Numbered from the stretch's first letter, positions 44,079 to 55,267 are shown. The stretch is DNA of 64,000 bases from Thalassobaculaceae bacterium (GCA_965228875.1 OZ245843.1:1284616-1348615), one strand, 5' to 3'. Numbers and translations: made by a program. Notes: generated from the sequence alone by a model not told the origin.

Positions 44079-45971
44079 ATGCTTCAGTTCATCCGTTCCA
44101 AGGTCTCGTCGATCTTCGTGAAGATCCTCTTCGTTCTGCTGATCGCCAGCTTCGCGATCTGGGGGATCGGCGACACGATCTTCGGCAACCCCGCCGGCCG
44201 CGCCGCGATCGAGGTCGATGACGATGTGCGGATCACGGCGGTCGAGGCGGCCGGCGAGTTCGACCGGGCGCGCCGGCGCCTCGGCATCCCGCTGACGGTC
44301 GATCAGGCCATCCAGATCGGCCTGCTGGACCAGACCCTGCAGAACCTCACGGTCGAGAGCATGCTGGTCGCGGCGACCAACCGGCTCGGCCTCTCCGCCA
44401 GCGACGCCCAGGTCGTCTCGCTGATCCGGCAGCAGTTCCGCGACAGCCTCGGCCAGTTCGACCGGACGGCCTACGAGACGCATCTGGCAGCCAACGGCCT
44501 GACGGAGGAGGAGTTCGTCGCCCGCATGCGCCGGGACCTGGCGCGCAATCAGCTGATCGGCGCCGTCGCCGCCGGAAGCGAGGAGACCGTACCGGAAAGC
44601 CTTGTCGAGGCACTTCACGCCTACCGCGAGGAGCGTCGGGTGGCCGATGCGGTACGGATCGACGCCGCCGCGATGCCCGCGCCGGAACAGCCGGGCGCCT
44701 CGACGCTATCGGCGTACTACGAGGATCGGAAGGCCGATTACGAGACACCCGAGTATCGCGGTATCAGCTGGTTGGCCTTGTCGGTCGAGAGCATCGCGGA
44801 CGAGATCGACATTCCCGAAGATGAGGTCCGAGCGGCGTTCGAAGAGCGCGGCTCCTCTTTCGCCACGCCGGGATCGCGCACGATCGACCAGATCCTGTTC
44901 GACGACGAGGCGGCCGCCCGGGCCGCCAGCGATCGACTCCGGGCGGGCGAGGATTTCGCTGCCGTCGCCCAGGAGATCACCGGCCTGAGCGCCGCCGAGA
45001 TCGATCTCGGGACGGTGTCTCGCGCCGACCTGCCCGAGGGAACCGCCGACGGCGTCTTCGCGGTGACCGAACCGGGCGGAATCACCGAACCGCTGCAAAG
45101 CGACTTCGGCTGGCATCTGTTCCGCATCCGAGCAGCCGAGGTCGGCGCGCCGGCGAGCTACGACGACGTGCGCGACGCGCTGAAGCGCGAACTGGCGCTC
45201 GATCAGGCCTACGACGCGGTCTTCGAGCGGTCGAACGAGTTGGAGGACGTGTTGGCCGGCGGTGCCACCCTGGAGGAGGCCTCGCAGTCGCTCGGACTGC
45301 CGTTGAACCAGATTCCCTTCGTCGCCCGCGACGGCAGCCAGCCGGAGGGCGGCATCGCGACCACGCTGCCGGGCGATCCGTTCCTGCAGACCGCCTTCGA
45401 CACCGAAGTCGGACAGCAGAGCACGCTGACCGAGAGCCGCGACGGCACGTACTTCATCCTGCGGGTCGACGGCTCCGAGGCGCCGCGCATCCCGGACCTG
45501 TCGGAGATCCGTGAGACCGTCGCCGCCGACTGGATCGCCGAGCAGCGCCTCGAGGCGGCCGAGAATACCGCCGACGCGATCGTCGACGCGGTGGCCGACG
45601 GTACGCCGATCGACGAAGCCGCCGCCGACCATGGCCTGCAGGTGACACGCCTGGCGGCGATCACCAGACGCGGCCAGGGACTGGCGGCCGGCTGGCCTCC
45701 GGCGGTCGCGGGCGCGCTGTTCGACCTCGATATGGGCGCGGCGGGTGCCGTCAGCAGCGAGAGCGGCGCCGCGGTCGTCGCCCTGGTCGAGGTGATCGCC
45801 GGTGGCGGCGACATGGCGGCCCCGGCCGAGCAGGTCCGCCGCGAACTGGCGGGCGCCATCTCCTCCGACATCGTCGAGCTGCTGATCGCCGATCTCGAGA
45901 GCCGCCACACCGTCTCCGTCAACGCCGACGCCGTCCGTCAGCTGTTCACCCTCGGCGAAGGCGCGCAATGA
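44079..45971 (+). CDS. ppiD: PpiD/SurA-N rotamase family periplasmic chaperone
   Basis: MLQFIR..N-terminal TM SFAIWGIGD, rotamase-like domain, divergent from tpiA and upstream of trpE. Confidence 0.88.
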   Translation: MLQFIRSKVSSIFVKILFVLLIASFAIWGIGDTIFGNPAGRAAIEVDDDVRITAVEAAGEFDRARRRLGIPLTVDQAIQIGLLDQTLQNLTVESMLVAATNRLGLSASDAQVVSLIRQQFRDSLGQFDRTAYETHLAANGLTEEEFVARMRRDLARNQLIGAVAAGSEETVPESLVEALHAYREERRVADAVRIDAAAMPAPEQPGASTLSAYYEDRKADYETPEYRGISWLALSVESIADEIDIPEDEVRAAFEERGSSFATPGSRTIDQILFDDEAAARAASDRLRAGEDFAAVAQEITGLSAAEIDLGTVSRADLPEGTADGVFAVTEPGGITEPLQSDFGWHLFRIRAAEVGAPASYDDVRDALKRELALDQAYDAVFERSNELEDVLAGGATLEEASQSLGLPLNQIPFVARDGSQPEGGIATTLPGDPFLQTAFDTEVGQQSTLTESRDGTYFILRVDGSEAPRIPDLSEIRETVAADWIAEQRLEAAENTADAIVDAVADGTPIDEAAADHGLQVTRLAAITRRGQGLAAGWPPAVAGALFDLDMGAAGAVSSESGAAVVALVEVIAGGGDMAAPAEQVRRELAGAISSDIVELLIADLESRHTVSVNADAVRQLFTLGEGAQ

Positions 45972-47473
45972 GCACCAGCCCGGATTTCGAGACGTTCCGC
46001 GAGGCTTACGACGCGGGACGAGCCCAGGTCGTCTGGACGACCCTGGTCGCCGACCTGGAAACGCCGGTTTCCGCCATGCTCAAGCTCGCCGACGGGCGGG
46101 CGAACTCGTTCCTCCTGGAATCGGTGGAGGGCGGGGCCGTGCGCGGCCGGTATTCGATCATCGGCCTGAAGCCGGACGTCATCTGGCGGTTCTACAAGGA
46201 CCGGGCGGAGATCAATCGTCAGGCGCGGATCGATGCGGCCGTGTTCGAGCCCGTCGCGGAACCGCCGCTGACCTCGCTGCGGAGCCTGATCGCCGAGAGC
46301 CGGATCGATCTGCCGGACGGCGTGCCGCCGATGGCCGCCGGGCTGTTCGGCTACATGGGTTACGACTCCATCCGACTGTTCGAGGACATTCCGGATGAGA
46401 ACCCGGACACGCTTGGCATCCAGGACGGCATCATGATGCGGCCGACCATCGTCTGCGTGTTCGACAATATCGACGACATGGTCACCATCATCACGCCGGT
46501 CTACCCGGATGCCGGGATGTCGGCCGGCGCGGCCCATGCGGCGGCGGCCGAGCGGCTGGCCGACACGGTCTCGGACTTCGAGCGCTCCCTGCCCTACCGG
46601 CGGGAAAGCGGGCGCGCGATCGACGCCCTCCCCGAGCCGGTCTCCAACACCGGGCGCGAGGGCTATCACGAAATGGTCCGGCGCACGGTCGACTACATCA
46701 ACGCCGGAGACGCTTTCCAGGTGGTGCCGTCGCACCGCATGTCCGTGCCCTTCACGCTGCCGCCGTTCGCCCTCTACCGTTCGCTGCGCCGTCTGAACCC
46801 GTCGCCCTTCCTGTTCTTCTTCGATTTCGGCGAGTACGCCATCGTCGGTTCCAGCCCCGAGATCCTGGTGCGGTTGCGCGACGGCGTGGTCACCATCCGA
46901 CCGCTTGCCGGCACCCGCAAACGCGGGGAGACGGCGGAGGAGGATGCCGCACTCGCCGAGGACCTGCTGTCCGATCCCAAGGAGCGGGCCGAGCACCTGA
47001 TGCTGCTGGACCTCGGCCGCAACGACGTCGGCCGGGTCTCGGAGATCGGCACGGTCGAGGTGAAGGACAAGTTCACCATCGAGCGCTACAGCCACGTGAT
47101 GCACATCGCCAGCCATGTCGACGGGAAACTGGCGGCGGACAAGGACGTGATGGAGGCGCTGTTCGCCGGCTTTCCGGCCGGCACCGTGTCCGGGGCACCG
47201 AAGGTGCGCGCGATGGAGATCATCGACGAGCTGGAGGTGTCGCGCCGCGGGGTCTATGCCGGCGCCGTCGGCTATCTCTCGGCGACCTCGATGGACACCT
47301 GCATCGCCCTGCGGACCGCGCTGGTCAAGGACGGGACGATGTACGTCCAGGCCGGCGGCGGGGTTGTCGCCGACAGCGATCCCGAGGCGGAATGGCAGGA
47401 GACCCTAAACAAGGCCCGCGCACTCATCCGCGCCGCCGAGGAAGCCGTCAGGTTCGCGGCGAAGCGCTCATGA
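45968..47473 (+). CDS. trpE: Anthranilate synthase component I
   Basis: DLETPVS, LLES, NPSPF, GSSPE, AEHLMLLDLGRND, PAGTVSGAPK. Confidence 0.96.
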   Translation: MSTSPDFETFREAYDAGRAQVVWTTLVADLETPVSAMLKLADGRANSFLLESVEGGAVRGRYSIIGLKPDVIWRFYKDRAEINRQARIDAAVFEPVAEPPLTSLRSLIAESRIDLPDGVPPMAAGLFGYMGYDSIRLFEDIPDENPDTLGIQDGIMMRPTIVCVFDNIDDMVTIITPVYPDAGMSAGAAHAAAAERLADTVSDFERSLPYRRESGRAIDALPEPVSNTGREGYHEMVRRTVDYINAGDAFQVVPSHRMSVPFTLPPFALYRSLRRLNPSPFLFFFDFGEYAIVGSSPEILVRLRDGVVTIRPLAGTRKRGETAEEDAALAEDLLSDPKERAEHLMLLDLGRNDVGRVSEIGTVEVKDKFTIERYSHVMHIASHVDGKLAADKDVMEALFAGFPAGTVSGAPKVRAMEIIDELEVSRRGVYAGAVGYLSATSMDTCIALRTALVKDGTMYVQAGGGVVADSDPEAEWQETLNKARALIRAAEEAVRFAAKRS

Positions 47474-48306
47474 ACGTTTCCTCCAACTACCTGACGGAGG
47501 AGCAGTATCGACAACGGATCGCCGCGCCGGCATTCGGACTCAAGGTCGGACAGGCCGGGATCGACCCGTCCTTCGTTCGCGCCGCCAAGGGTCTGATCGA
47601 GCGCCTGCCCAATGCCGACAAGCATGCGGGCGGCGAGATGATCTACATGTCCCAGGGACCGGATCGCGACCTTTACCGGACCTACGCGCGCTTCCTGGTC
47701 TCGTATTTCTGGAACCACAGTCCGTTCCCCGACCTCTACCAGCAGGCCTTCGGCCTGGAACCGATGCTCCTGGTGCATTTCCTCACCACGCGCCGCCATC
47801 TGGAGAACGTCTCGACGACCTATGTCGATTGGCACATGGACGCCAATTTCTACGGCTACATCGTGCCTATGCTGACGGCTTGGGTGCCGCTGGACGATGT
47901 CGGGGTCGATGCGCCGGGATTGGAGTTCCTGGAGATCAGGAACGCATCGGTTCTGGAGCTGGTGAAACTCTGGCAGGGAGTCCACGCATCGGTCGACGAG
48001 GGCGCACCGATCGTGATCGAGGATAGCGCGCTGCTGAACACTCTTTCGGCCTACGAGACCGAACGGCTTACACCCACACTCGGTCCGGGCGGATACCTTC
48101 TCTTCGATCAGATGCAGCTTCACCGCACACAGCTTCTGGAGCGGCCGAAGTCGCGGACGGCCATCGAGTTCCGCATCGCCTCCAGGCGCTATCGCCCGCG
48201 CGAGCGCAGCCCCGAGGACATCGCCACGATGGTCGTCTCAACACGCGATGACGGCGCCGTCCGCATCGGGTTCGGACGCGACCTGGTTCCCGAGCTCGCG
48301 GTCTGA
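47470..48306 (+). CDS. Hypothetical PhyH-like 2OG-Fe(II) dioxygenase
   Basis: ATGA overlap with trpE; WHMD, LTAWVPLDD...APGLEF, LGPG..LLFD...LHRT, R.AIEFR. Confidence 0.7.
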   Translation: MNVSSNYLTEEQYRQRIAAPAFGLKVGQAGIDPSFVRAAKGLIERLPNADKHAGGEMIYMSQGPDRDLYRTYARFLVSYFWNHSPFPDLYQQAFGLEPMLLVHFLTTRRHLENVSTTYVDWHMDANFYGYIVPMLTAWVPLDDVGVDAPGLEFLEIRNASVLELVKLWQGVHASVDEGAPIVIEDSALLNTLSAYETERLTPTLGPGGYLLFDQMQLHRTQLLERPKSRTAIEFRIASRRYRPRERSPEDIATMVVSTRDDGAVRIGFGRDLVPELAV

Positions 48307-48386
48307 CCCCGGCGCCTGCCCGGCAAAATCGCCTGCTCCGCAGGTGTTGAGTCACCGCCGATATTTCCATCTTACCGTGATTTTCT

Positions 48387-48899
48387 CTAGGACACCGCAA
48401 GGCGTCGCAGGGCTCGCACCCGGGCCCGGACCGACGCCGCCTCGTCCGACGCCATCCGCGCAAGCAGCGCGCGTACCTCATCCGTCGGCCCTTCGAGGTT
48501 GCAGAGGGCATCCAGAGCCCAAGCCCGCAGAAACGGCCGGTGGGCGTCGAGACGGTCGCGCAGCCATGCCACCAGCGCCGGCCGACAGGCCTCGGGAATG
48601 TCCAGCATGGCCACGCACTGGCAAAAATGAAGCTGCGCCTGCCAGGCCTCGATCGCCGAAACCGACTCAATCAACCGGGCGACCTGCTCCCGTGTAGGCC
48701 GAATGCCGTCCTTCAATACCGCCCTGAACATCCACGTCGCGCCCTCCGACACGGGTCGGTCGGGATGCACCGAAAGGCTTACCAGCGCGTCGAGATATCC
48801 TGGATCGTCACGGTACCGGATCGCCGCCTCGGTGAGGATGGTGGTCGACCGTCCGTCGAACGCCGCGATGGCGACCGCCAGGTCATGGCAGACCGTCAT
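48387..48899 (-). CDS. Hypothetical helical-repeat (HEAT/ARM-like) protein
   Basis: 170 aa, repeats such as PFLRAWALDAL and AASVRARVR; GGAGG SD. Confidence 0.65.
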   Translation of the reverse strand: MTVCHDLAVAIAAFDGRSTTILTEAAIRYRDDPGYLDALVSLSVHPDRPVSEGATWMFRAVLKDGIRPTREQVARLIESVSAIEAWQAQLHFCQCVAMLDIPEACRPALVAWLRDRLDAHRPFLRAWALDALCNLEGPTDEVRALLARMASDEAASVRARVRALRRLAVS

Positions 48900-48938
48900 A
48901 AAGCCTCCGTTGCTCGCGACCGGCGGCCGGATGCAGTC

Positions 48939-50141
48939 TCACTCCGCCGGTTGCGTCACCGCCTCCCCACGCCGCGCCGACGGCAGCAGGAAACCGGCCA
49001 CCGCTCCGCTCGTGGCGAAGACGGCGAGCAGGATCAGCAGCGGCTCGAAATCGCCGGCGAAATCGTAGAGTTTCCCGACCAGCGGCACGCTGATGGCCGA
49101 AACGCCGAGCGAAATAAGGAACTTCACCCCGAAGGCGGTGCCCCGCCACGCGGGCGGCGAATATCGGGCGAACAGGCTGTTCTCCGCCGGCACGAAGGCG
49201 GTGTTGGTCAGCACCATCATCGCCGCCACCGGTAGGAGGAGCGGTCCGGCCAGGGTCGCCGCGACGATCAGGAACGGGATCTGCAACGCCCAGCAGGCGA
49301 TATAGACCCGTTTCAGATCGTACCGGTCGGCCATCCAACCGCCCAGCACCTGAGCCAGGGCGGAAAAGCCGTAGATCAACGAGACCAGGAGGCCGATGCC
49401 GGCCGTGCTGTCGACCAGTCCGGTCAGACGCTGATCGAACAGTTTCGGCATCGCGAACGTCGTGGACTGGTAGATCAGCCCGGAGAACGCGATCGTGACC
49501 ATCAGCACCAGGACACCGCGCAGCATGTCGCTGCGCGACGCCTCGGTCGGCGCCGAGCGCACCACCGACCGGTTGTCGCGCACCATGCCGAGTCCAATGG
49601 CAACGACCAGCGCGATGCCGGTCAGGACGCAGACCGTCCCCGGCACGAAGAACGCCCACCGCCAGTCGAGGACGGCCGCCAGCGTCCCGGCGACCGCCGC
49701 CCCGCCGGCGGTGCCGAGAGAACCGAAAACACCGTTGATGCCGAGCGCGCGCCCGCGTGTGGCCGGATCGCGCGTCACCCAGGCGATGCCGACCGGGTGG
49801 TAGATCGCCGCGAACAGGCCGATTCCACCGAGGCCGACCGCCATCGCCAACGGTCCGTCTGCGAAACCGGTCGCGACGCACATGCCACCGGTCCCCAGAA
49901 AAAACACCGCCATCATTCCCGGTGCGCTCCATCGATCGGCGAGCCATCCGGCCGGGACGGCGCCGGCCCCGAACAGGACCTGTCCGACCAGCATCAGGGC
50001 GATCAGCTCACCGAAGGGCATGTCCCATACGCCTTCCAGCGACAGAACCACGGTCGGGTACAGCAGCATGAGCAGGTGCGAGAACGTGTGGCCGACGCAG
50101 GAGAAACCGAGCGCCAGGCGCGAAGAGACGGGGAGGGTCAT
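48939..50141 (-). CDS. MFS transporter
   Basis: About 12 TM; GWLADRW and GGWMADRY loop motifs; YHPVG. Confidence 0.9.
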   Translation of the reverse strand: MTLPVSSRLALGFSCVGHTFSHLLMLLYPTVVLSLEGVWDMPFGELIALMLVGQVLFGAGAVPAGWLADRWSAPGMMAVFFLGTGGMCVATGFADGPLAMAVGLGGIGLFAAIYHPVGIAWVTRDPATRGRALGINGVFGSLGTAGGAAVAGTLAAVLDWRWAFFVPGTVCVLTGIALVVAIGLGMVRDNRSVVRSAPTEASRSDMLRGVLVLMVTIAFSGLIYQSTTFAMPKLFDQRLTGLVDSTAGIGLLVSLIYGFSALAQVLGGWMADRYDLKRVYIACWALQIPFLIVAATLAGPLLLPVAAMMVLTNTAFVPAENSLFARYSPPAWRGTAFGVKFLISLGVSAISVPLVGKLYDFAGDFEPLLILLAVFATSGAVAGFLLPSARRGEAVTQPAE

Positions 50142-50239
50142 GGCGTTTCCTTTTTCGCGAGTGTCCCACGGCGCGGAAACCGCCGGCAAGCCGCCGCGCG
50201 CGCTTGCCCCGGGCCAATCGGCTTTCTAGAGTCGGCGCC

Positions 50240-50503
50240 ATGGTGGGAGCGGCAAAGCAGACGAAGACGGCGCCGACACGGGCGCAGAAGGCATGGCTGC
50301 AGCGCGGCCTCGGGCAGCCGGGCGGCAAGCTTCCGCTGTTCGACGAGAACGGCCAACGGGTCAATGCCCGGATGGTACGGGCCTGCATGGACAAGGGATG
50401 GGCCGAACCCTGGTTCGAGAACCCGCTCAAGCCGGACTGGCTCGTCTGCAAACTGACCGAGGACGGCCGCCGGATCGCCTCGGAGTCGAGGGGGCGCGGG
50501 TAG
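50240..50503 (+). CDS. Small hypothetical protein (87 aa)
   Basis: WLQRGLGQPGGKLPLFD..C...GWAEPWF.NP.KPDWLVCKLT pattern, host codon usage. Confidence 0.7.
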   Translation: MVGAAKQTKTAPTRAQKAWLQRGLGQPGGKLPLFDENGQRVNARMVRACMDKGWAEPWFENPLKPDWLVCKLTEDGRRIASESRGRG

Positions 50504-50576
50504 GTGTGCCAGCAGTGGCGCGGGTGGACAGCCCCCACCGGGCTCGCCATGATCGGGCAGCATCCGGGGGATCTGC

Positions 50577-51074
50577 ATGACGCTTGACGACTATCTGACG
50601 GTTATCGCCTCCAGCAAGCCGAGCGACTGGCGGGCAACCGTTCTGCCGACCTTCATGTTCCGAGTCGTTCCGGTCCGCGCCGCCGGCGGCGGTACCGTCG
50701 ATTTCGAGCTGCAGGAACACACCACCACCCTCACCTTCCTGCGCGACGTGCGCTTCGGCATGGCCTGGGGACTGGTCGGCGACAAGAACTACAGCGAGGA
50801 ATGGATCGAGAAGCTGCCGAACAAGCGGGCGCAGGGTGTGCTGATCGACTTCCTCTACAACGGCGCCATGGTGTACCGCGACATGCTGGTCGCCGTGGAT
50901 GGCTGGCGCTGCATCCTGCCGCAGCCGGTGGACGAGACGGGGCCGATCTTCCGCGTGCCCCAGCGCCGCATGACGATCGCCAAACTGGTCCACCAGCTCG
51001 TCGGACCGGAGACGAATTTCGATGCCTACTTCAAGCGTGTCGGAATGCAGCCGCTGGACGCCCCCTGGCCGTAG
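50577..51074 (+). CDS. Hypothetical protein (165 aa)
   Basis: Protein-like composition, strong GC3 bias. Confidence 0.7.
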   Translation: MTLDDYLTVIASSKPSDWRATVLPTFMFRVVPVRAAGGGTVDFELQEHTTTLTFLRDVRFGMAWGLVGDKNYSEEWIEKLPNKRAQGVLIDFLYNGAMVYRDMLVAVDGWRCILPQPVDETGPIFRVPQRRMTIAKLVHQLVGPETNFDAYFKRVGMQPLDAPWP

Positions 51075-51182
51075 GATGGCGCCGCGTCGCTCGCGAATGC
51101 GCAAGGCCCGCTCGAGACGTTGATCCCACCCCAGACGTTGAATACGACCGCGCGGAACCCTGACACCTGAACGCGTTCCGCA

Positions 51183-51205
51183 CCGCGATCGCCGAACGAT
51201 CGCGG
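51183..51205. terminator. 9-bp hairpin between convergent genes
   Basis: CCGCGATCG-ccgaa-CGATCGCGG. Confidence 0.4.
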
Positions 51206-51243
51206 ATGAGGATGACGGGCCGGAACGGCGTCCTATCCGTCGG

Positions 51244-52011
51244 CTACTGTCGGAACTCAGGCTCGTCGCGGTCGAGCAGGCGCATCAGCGCGGCGAAATG
51301 CCTGTGGGCCTGGGCGCGCTCGGAGTTGGACGCCATCTGATCGGCCGTCATCTGAGCGACGTCCTGCGGGACACGGCGCATGGGCCTGTTGGTCGACATG
51401 GCGATCACTTGCGCCTGGGCTGCGCGTTCCAGGTAGTACAGGTCGTCGAACGCCTCCGCGACGTTCCGCCCGGTCACCACGACGCCATGGTTGGCCAGGA
51501 ACGCGACCCGCTTGCCCCCCTGCAGCGCGGCGGCGATCCGCTCGCCCTCGGAGTCGTCCAGCGCCAGTCCGTTGTAGAGATCGTCATAGGCGATCTGGTT
51601 GTAGAACTTCAGCGAGGTCTGCAGCACCGGCTCCAGCCGGCCGTCCTCGAGCATGGTCAGCGCGGTCGCGTAGGGCATGTGGGTGTGCAGCACCACCTTC
51701 GCATCCGGCACCAGACGGTGGATGTGGTAGTGGATGAAGAACGCGGTCGGCTCCGGCGGTTCCCTGCCGTCGACGGCATTGCCCTCCGAATCGACCTCCA
51801 CCAGGTCGCTCGCCCGGACTTCGGACCAGTGATAGCCGTGCGGGTTGATCAGGAACCGATCGTCCTCGCCCGGAATCACCGCCGAGAAGTGGTTGCAGAT
51901 GCCTTCGTGCATCCCCATGCGAACGGCCCAGCGCAGCGCGGCGGCGAGCTCGACACGGGTCCTGGCACGGGCGTCCAGATCCTCGGACTCGGGGATGGCG
52001 GCAAGTGACAT
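51244..52011 (-). CDS. Class II aldolase/adducin family protein
   Basis: EGICNHFS, AFFIH..IH, VLHTHMPYA, LANHGV. Confidence 0.9.
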   Translation of the reverse strand: MSLAAIPESEDLDARARTRVELAAALRWAVRMGMHEGICNHFSAVIPGEDDRFLINPHGYHWSEVRASDLVEVDSEGNAVDGREPPEPTAFFIHYHIHRLVPDAKVVLHTHMPYATALTMLEDGRLEPVLQTSLKFYNQIAYDDLYNGLALDDSEGERIAAALQGGKRVAFLANHGVVVTGRNVAEAFDDLYYLERAAQAQVIAMSTNRPMRRVPQDVAQMTADQMASNSERAQAHRHFAALMRLLDRDEPEFRQ

Positions 52012-52094
52012 CTGTCCCTCCATGGGGCCCGACCGCCGGGGACCCGGCTCGGGGCATCGCAGTAGCGGGGGAATATCGGGTCTGACGAGGTCGA

Positions 52095-52171
52095 TGGTCG
52101 GAGCGGCGGGATTCGAACCCACGACCCCCACACCCCCAGTGTGGTGCGCTACCAGGCTGCGCTACGCTCCG
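52095..52171 (-). tRNA. tRNA-Pro(GGG)
   Basis: CGGAGCGTAGCGCAGCCTGGTAGCGCACCACACTGGGGGTGTGGGGGTCGTGGGTTCGAATCCCGCCGCTCCGACCA, 77 nt, anticodon GGG, encoded CCA. Confidence 0.97.
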
Positions 52172-52180
52172 ACGCGGCGG

Positions 52181-52209
52181 ACTATAGGCGATCCGCCGAA
52201 TGGCCACAA
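52181..52209 (-). promoter_or_regulatory. Sigma70 promoter of tRNA-Pro
   Basis: TTGTGG-N17-TATAGT followed by GC-rich discriminator CCGCCG. Confidence 0.6.
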
Positions 52210-52278
52210 CACGCAGCAGCCCCCGGATTCACGACTTTCGGCAAAGACAACGCCCTCTTCAGTCGGGGGCGAACGGGC

Positions 52279-52785
52279 CTAGCCCCGGGCGGCGGCCAAC
52301 AGCTTCTTCAGGGCGGTCAATTCGGTCAGAACGGCCTCGACGGCCTGGCGGTCGACGGTGTCGCCCGTCTCTTCCGCGTCACCGGCCGTGTCTTCGGACT
52401 GACCGGCGTGGCTGCCGCCGTTGCCGTTGCTCGGCACCGGTGTCGTCGACGGGTCTCCGGCCTGTACCGCACGCGCCGTCTCGCCGGCGGTCGGCATCCG
52501 GACCGCCCCTTCCCGCAGCAGCTTCTGCACGCCCTTGATCGTGTAGCCCTCGCGGTACAGCAACTCGCGGATGCGACGCAGCAGCGCGATGTCCTCGGGC
52601 CGGTAGTAGCGCCGGCCACCGCCCCGCTTCAGTGGGCGTACCTGATTGAATTTGGTTTCCCAGAACCGCAGGACGTGGGGCGGCACGTCCAGGTCTTCCG
52701 CCACCTCGCTGATGGTGCGGAAGGCCGCCGCCGACTTGCCGTTACGGCGCGGCGGAGGAGGATTTGTCGCTTGCGAATCGACCAT
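52279..52785 (-). CDS. MerR family regulator (ihfA-linked)
   Basis: [29 protein letters not shown]. Confidence 0.92.
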   Translation of the reverse strand: MVDSQATNPPPPRRNGKSAAAFRTISEVAEDLDVPPHVLRFWETKFNQVRPLKRGGGRRYYRPEDIALLRRIRELLYREGYTIKGVQKLLREGAVRMPTAGETARAVQAGDPSTTPVPSNGNGGSHAGQSEDTAGDAEETGDTVDRQAVEAVLTELTALKKLLAAARG

Positions 52786-52805
52786 TGCGCGGTCCCCTCG
52801 AGGGG

Positions 52806-53108
52806 TTAGTCGCCCTGGACCTGGTTGATCCGGTTCTTGAGCACGTGGGACGGACGGAACACCAACACCCGGCGCGGAAGAATCGGAACCTCTTCGCCGG
52901 TCTTGGGATTGCGCCCGATGCGCTCCCCCTTCTGGCGAACCGAGAAGCTGCCGAACGACGAGATCTTAACCATTTCGCCCCGCACCAGCGCGCCGATCAT
53001 CTCGTCCAGAACCGACTCGACAAGGTCGGCCGATTCGTTCCGGGACAGCCCGACTTCCTGGTAGACGGCCTCGCTCAAATGAGCGCGAGTGATCGTTTCG
53101 CCGGCCAT
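52806..53108 (-). CDS. ihfA: Integration host factor alpha
   Basis: [35 protein letters not shown]. Confidence 0.97.
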   Translation of the reverse strand: MAGETITRAHLSEAVYQEVGLSRNESADLVESVLDEMIGALVRGEMVKISSFGSFSVRQKGERIGRNPKTGEEVPILPRRVLVFRPSHVLKNRINQVQGD

Positions 53109-53174
53109 GCGCACCCCCGTTGTGGCTAAGCAAGGTACCTCGAACGAATCGAAGCGTCAATTAATTCGGTGATT

Positions 53175-54209
53175 TCAGGCGATTGGCGCGACTTCCTCGC
53201 GTGCCATCTCGGTCCCGGCGCGCTCCGCCCGCGCGGGAACGCCGTATCGGACCAGCCCGGCCCCCCAGGCAAGACCGCCACCGATCGCCTCCAGAAGCAG
53301 CAGGTCGCCGGGGCGGATGCGGCCGTCGCGCACCGCCTCGTCCAGCGCCAACGGCACCGACGCGGCCGAGGTGTTGGCATGGCGCTCGATCGCCACCACC
53401 ACCTTCTCCGCCGGCAGCTTCATCCGGTTCGCCATGGCGTCGATGATCCGCCGGTTGGCCTGATGCGGAATCAGCCAGTCGATGTCCGCCGGTGACAGGC
53501 TGTTGGTCTCCAGAGACTCGTCGATCACACCGGCCAGCTTCGAGACGGCGTGGCGGAAGACCTCTTTGCCGTTCATCCGGACATGACCGACGGTCTTCGT
53601 CGTCGACGGACCGCCATCGACGTAGAGGATGTCACGCTCGCGGCCATCGGCATGCAGATGCGTCGACAGCACGCCCCAGCCGCCGGCCGTGCCTTCGGTC
53701 GCGCGCAGCAGGACCGCCCCCGCTCCATCGCCGAACAGGACGCAGGTCGTGCGATCCTCCCAGTCGAGCAGGCGGGTGAACGTCTCGGCGCCGATCACCA
53801 ACGCGGTCCGGGCCTGACCGGCCTTCAGGAAATTGTCGGCGACGGCCAGGGCGTAGACGAACCCGGCGCACACCGCCTGGACGTCGAAGGCGGCACCATG
53901 GAACGCGCCGAGCGCCCGCTGAACCTTGGTGGCGGTGGCGGGGAAGGTATCGTCGGGCGTCGTGGTCGCGACGACGATGAGGTCGATGTCCTCGCCCTCC
54001 AGCCCGGCCATGTCGAGGGCGTTGCGGGCGGCCTTGATCGCGAGATCGCTGGTGTACTCGCCGTCACCGGCCATGTGGCGCTGGCGAATGCCGGTGCGCT
54101 GCCGGATCCATTCATCGGAAGTGTCGACCCAGGTGGACAGCTCGTCGTTGCTGACCACGCGTTCGGGAAGATAGGACCCGGTCGCGATCATCAGGGACCG
54201 TCTCGTCAT
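53175..54209 (-). CDS. fabH: Beta-ketoacyl-ACP synthase III
   Basis: [35 protein letters not shown]. Confidence 0.97.
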   Translation of the reverse strand: MTRRSLMIATGSYLPERVVSNDELSTWVDTSDEWIRQRTGIRQRHMAGDGEYTSDLAIKAARNALDMAGLEGEDIDLIVVATTTPDDTFPATATKVQRALGAFHGAAFDVQAVCAGFVYALAVADNFLKAGQARTALVIGAETFTRLLDWEDRTTCVLFGDGAGAVLLRATEGTAGGWGVLSTHLHADGRERDILYVDGGPSTTKTVGHVRMNGKEVFRHAVSKLAGVIDESLETNSLSPADIDWLIPHQANRRIIDAMANRMKLPAEKVVVAIERHANTSAASVPLALDEAVRDGRIRPGDLLLLEAIGGGLAWGAGLVRYGVPARAERAGTEMAREEVAPIA

Positions 54210-55267
54210 GCCGTTGCCACCGCCGTTGGTTGCTCGTCCGGCCGATCGAGGCCGCCGTTGGTCAGTTCTTCGCGCACCTTCTCGAGGAAGCCGTAGCGCT
54301 TCATGTCGGCCGCGACGCCGATCGCGTTCGCGAACCCGATGGCGTCGGTGCCGCCGTGGCTCTTCACGGCGATGCCGTTGAGGCCGAGAAACATTGCGCC
54401 GTTGTAGCGCCGCGGGTCCATCCGCTGGCGGAGCTGTCCGACCGCGCCCCTGGCGAAAAGATATCCCAGTTTGGACAACAGGGAGTTTCGGAAGGCGTCG
54501 CGCAGGAACTGACCGATCAGGCGCGACGTGCCCTCGGCCGTCTTCAACGCGATATTGCCGGAAAAGCCGTCGGTCACCACCACGTCCACCGTGCCGGCGG
54601 GAATGTCGTCACCCTCGACAAACCCATGAAACTCGAACGGCATGTCGGTCATCGACCGCAGGATCGCCGCCGCCTCGCGAACCGACTCATGGCCCTTCTG
54701 TTCCTCGCTGCCGACATTGAGGATCCCGATCGTCGGCCGCTCCAGACCGAGAACGGTCCGCACGAAAATCTGCCCCATGATCGCGAACTGTACCAGGTTG
54801 TTGGCGTCGCAGACCACGTTGGCGCCGAGATCGAGCATGGCGCTCTCGCCGCGGCGGGTCGGGAAGAACCCGGCGATCGCCGGCCGGTCGATTCCCGGCA
54901 TCGGCCGCAGGACCAGCTTGGCCATGGCCATCAGCGCACCCGTGTTGCCGGCGGAGACGACGCAATGCGCCTTCCCCTTCCCGACCAGGTCGATGGCGAC
55001 CCGCACGCTGGTCCCCTTGCCCTGGCGCAGCGCCACCGACGCCTTGTCCTCGGCGGCGACCACCTTGTCGGTGTGCACAACCTCCGGCGCGCGGGTCTTC
55101 AGCCGGCGGGTGCTGGCGATGAGCGGCCGGATCCGGGCCTCGTCGCCGACCAGTATGAACTTGAGCTCTGGGCTGCGTTCCAACGCGATATCGGCGCCGC
55201 GGACCACCATGTCCGGCGCCTTGTCCCCTCCCATAGCGTCCAGTGCGATCGTCAGACCGTCAGACAC
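54206..55267 (-). CDS. plsX: Phosphate acyltransferase PlsX
   Basis: [35 protein letters not shown]. Confidence 0.97.
   Translation of the reverse strand: MSDGLTIALDAMGGDKAPDMVVRGADIALERSPELKFILVGDEARIRPLIASTRRLKTRAPEVVHTDKVVAAEDKASVALRQGKGTSVRVAIDLVGKGKAHCVVSAGNTGALMAMAKLVLRPMPGIDRPAIAGFFPTRRGESAMLDLGANVVCDANNLVQFAIMGQIFVRTVLGLERPTIGILNVGSEEQKGHESVREAAAILRSMTDMPFEFHGFVEGDDIPAGTVDVVVTDGFSGNIALKTAEGTSRLIGQFLRDAFRNSLLSKLGYLFARGAVGQLRQRMDPRRYNGAMFLGLNGIAVKSHGGTDAIGFANAIGVAADMKRYGFLEKVREELTNGGLDRPDEQPTAVATA

Noticed and set aside
47470..52171. Genomic island integrated at tRNA-Pro(GGG)
   Set aside because: No integrase, and I found no duplicate of the tRNA 3' end; genes mostly show host-like codon usage
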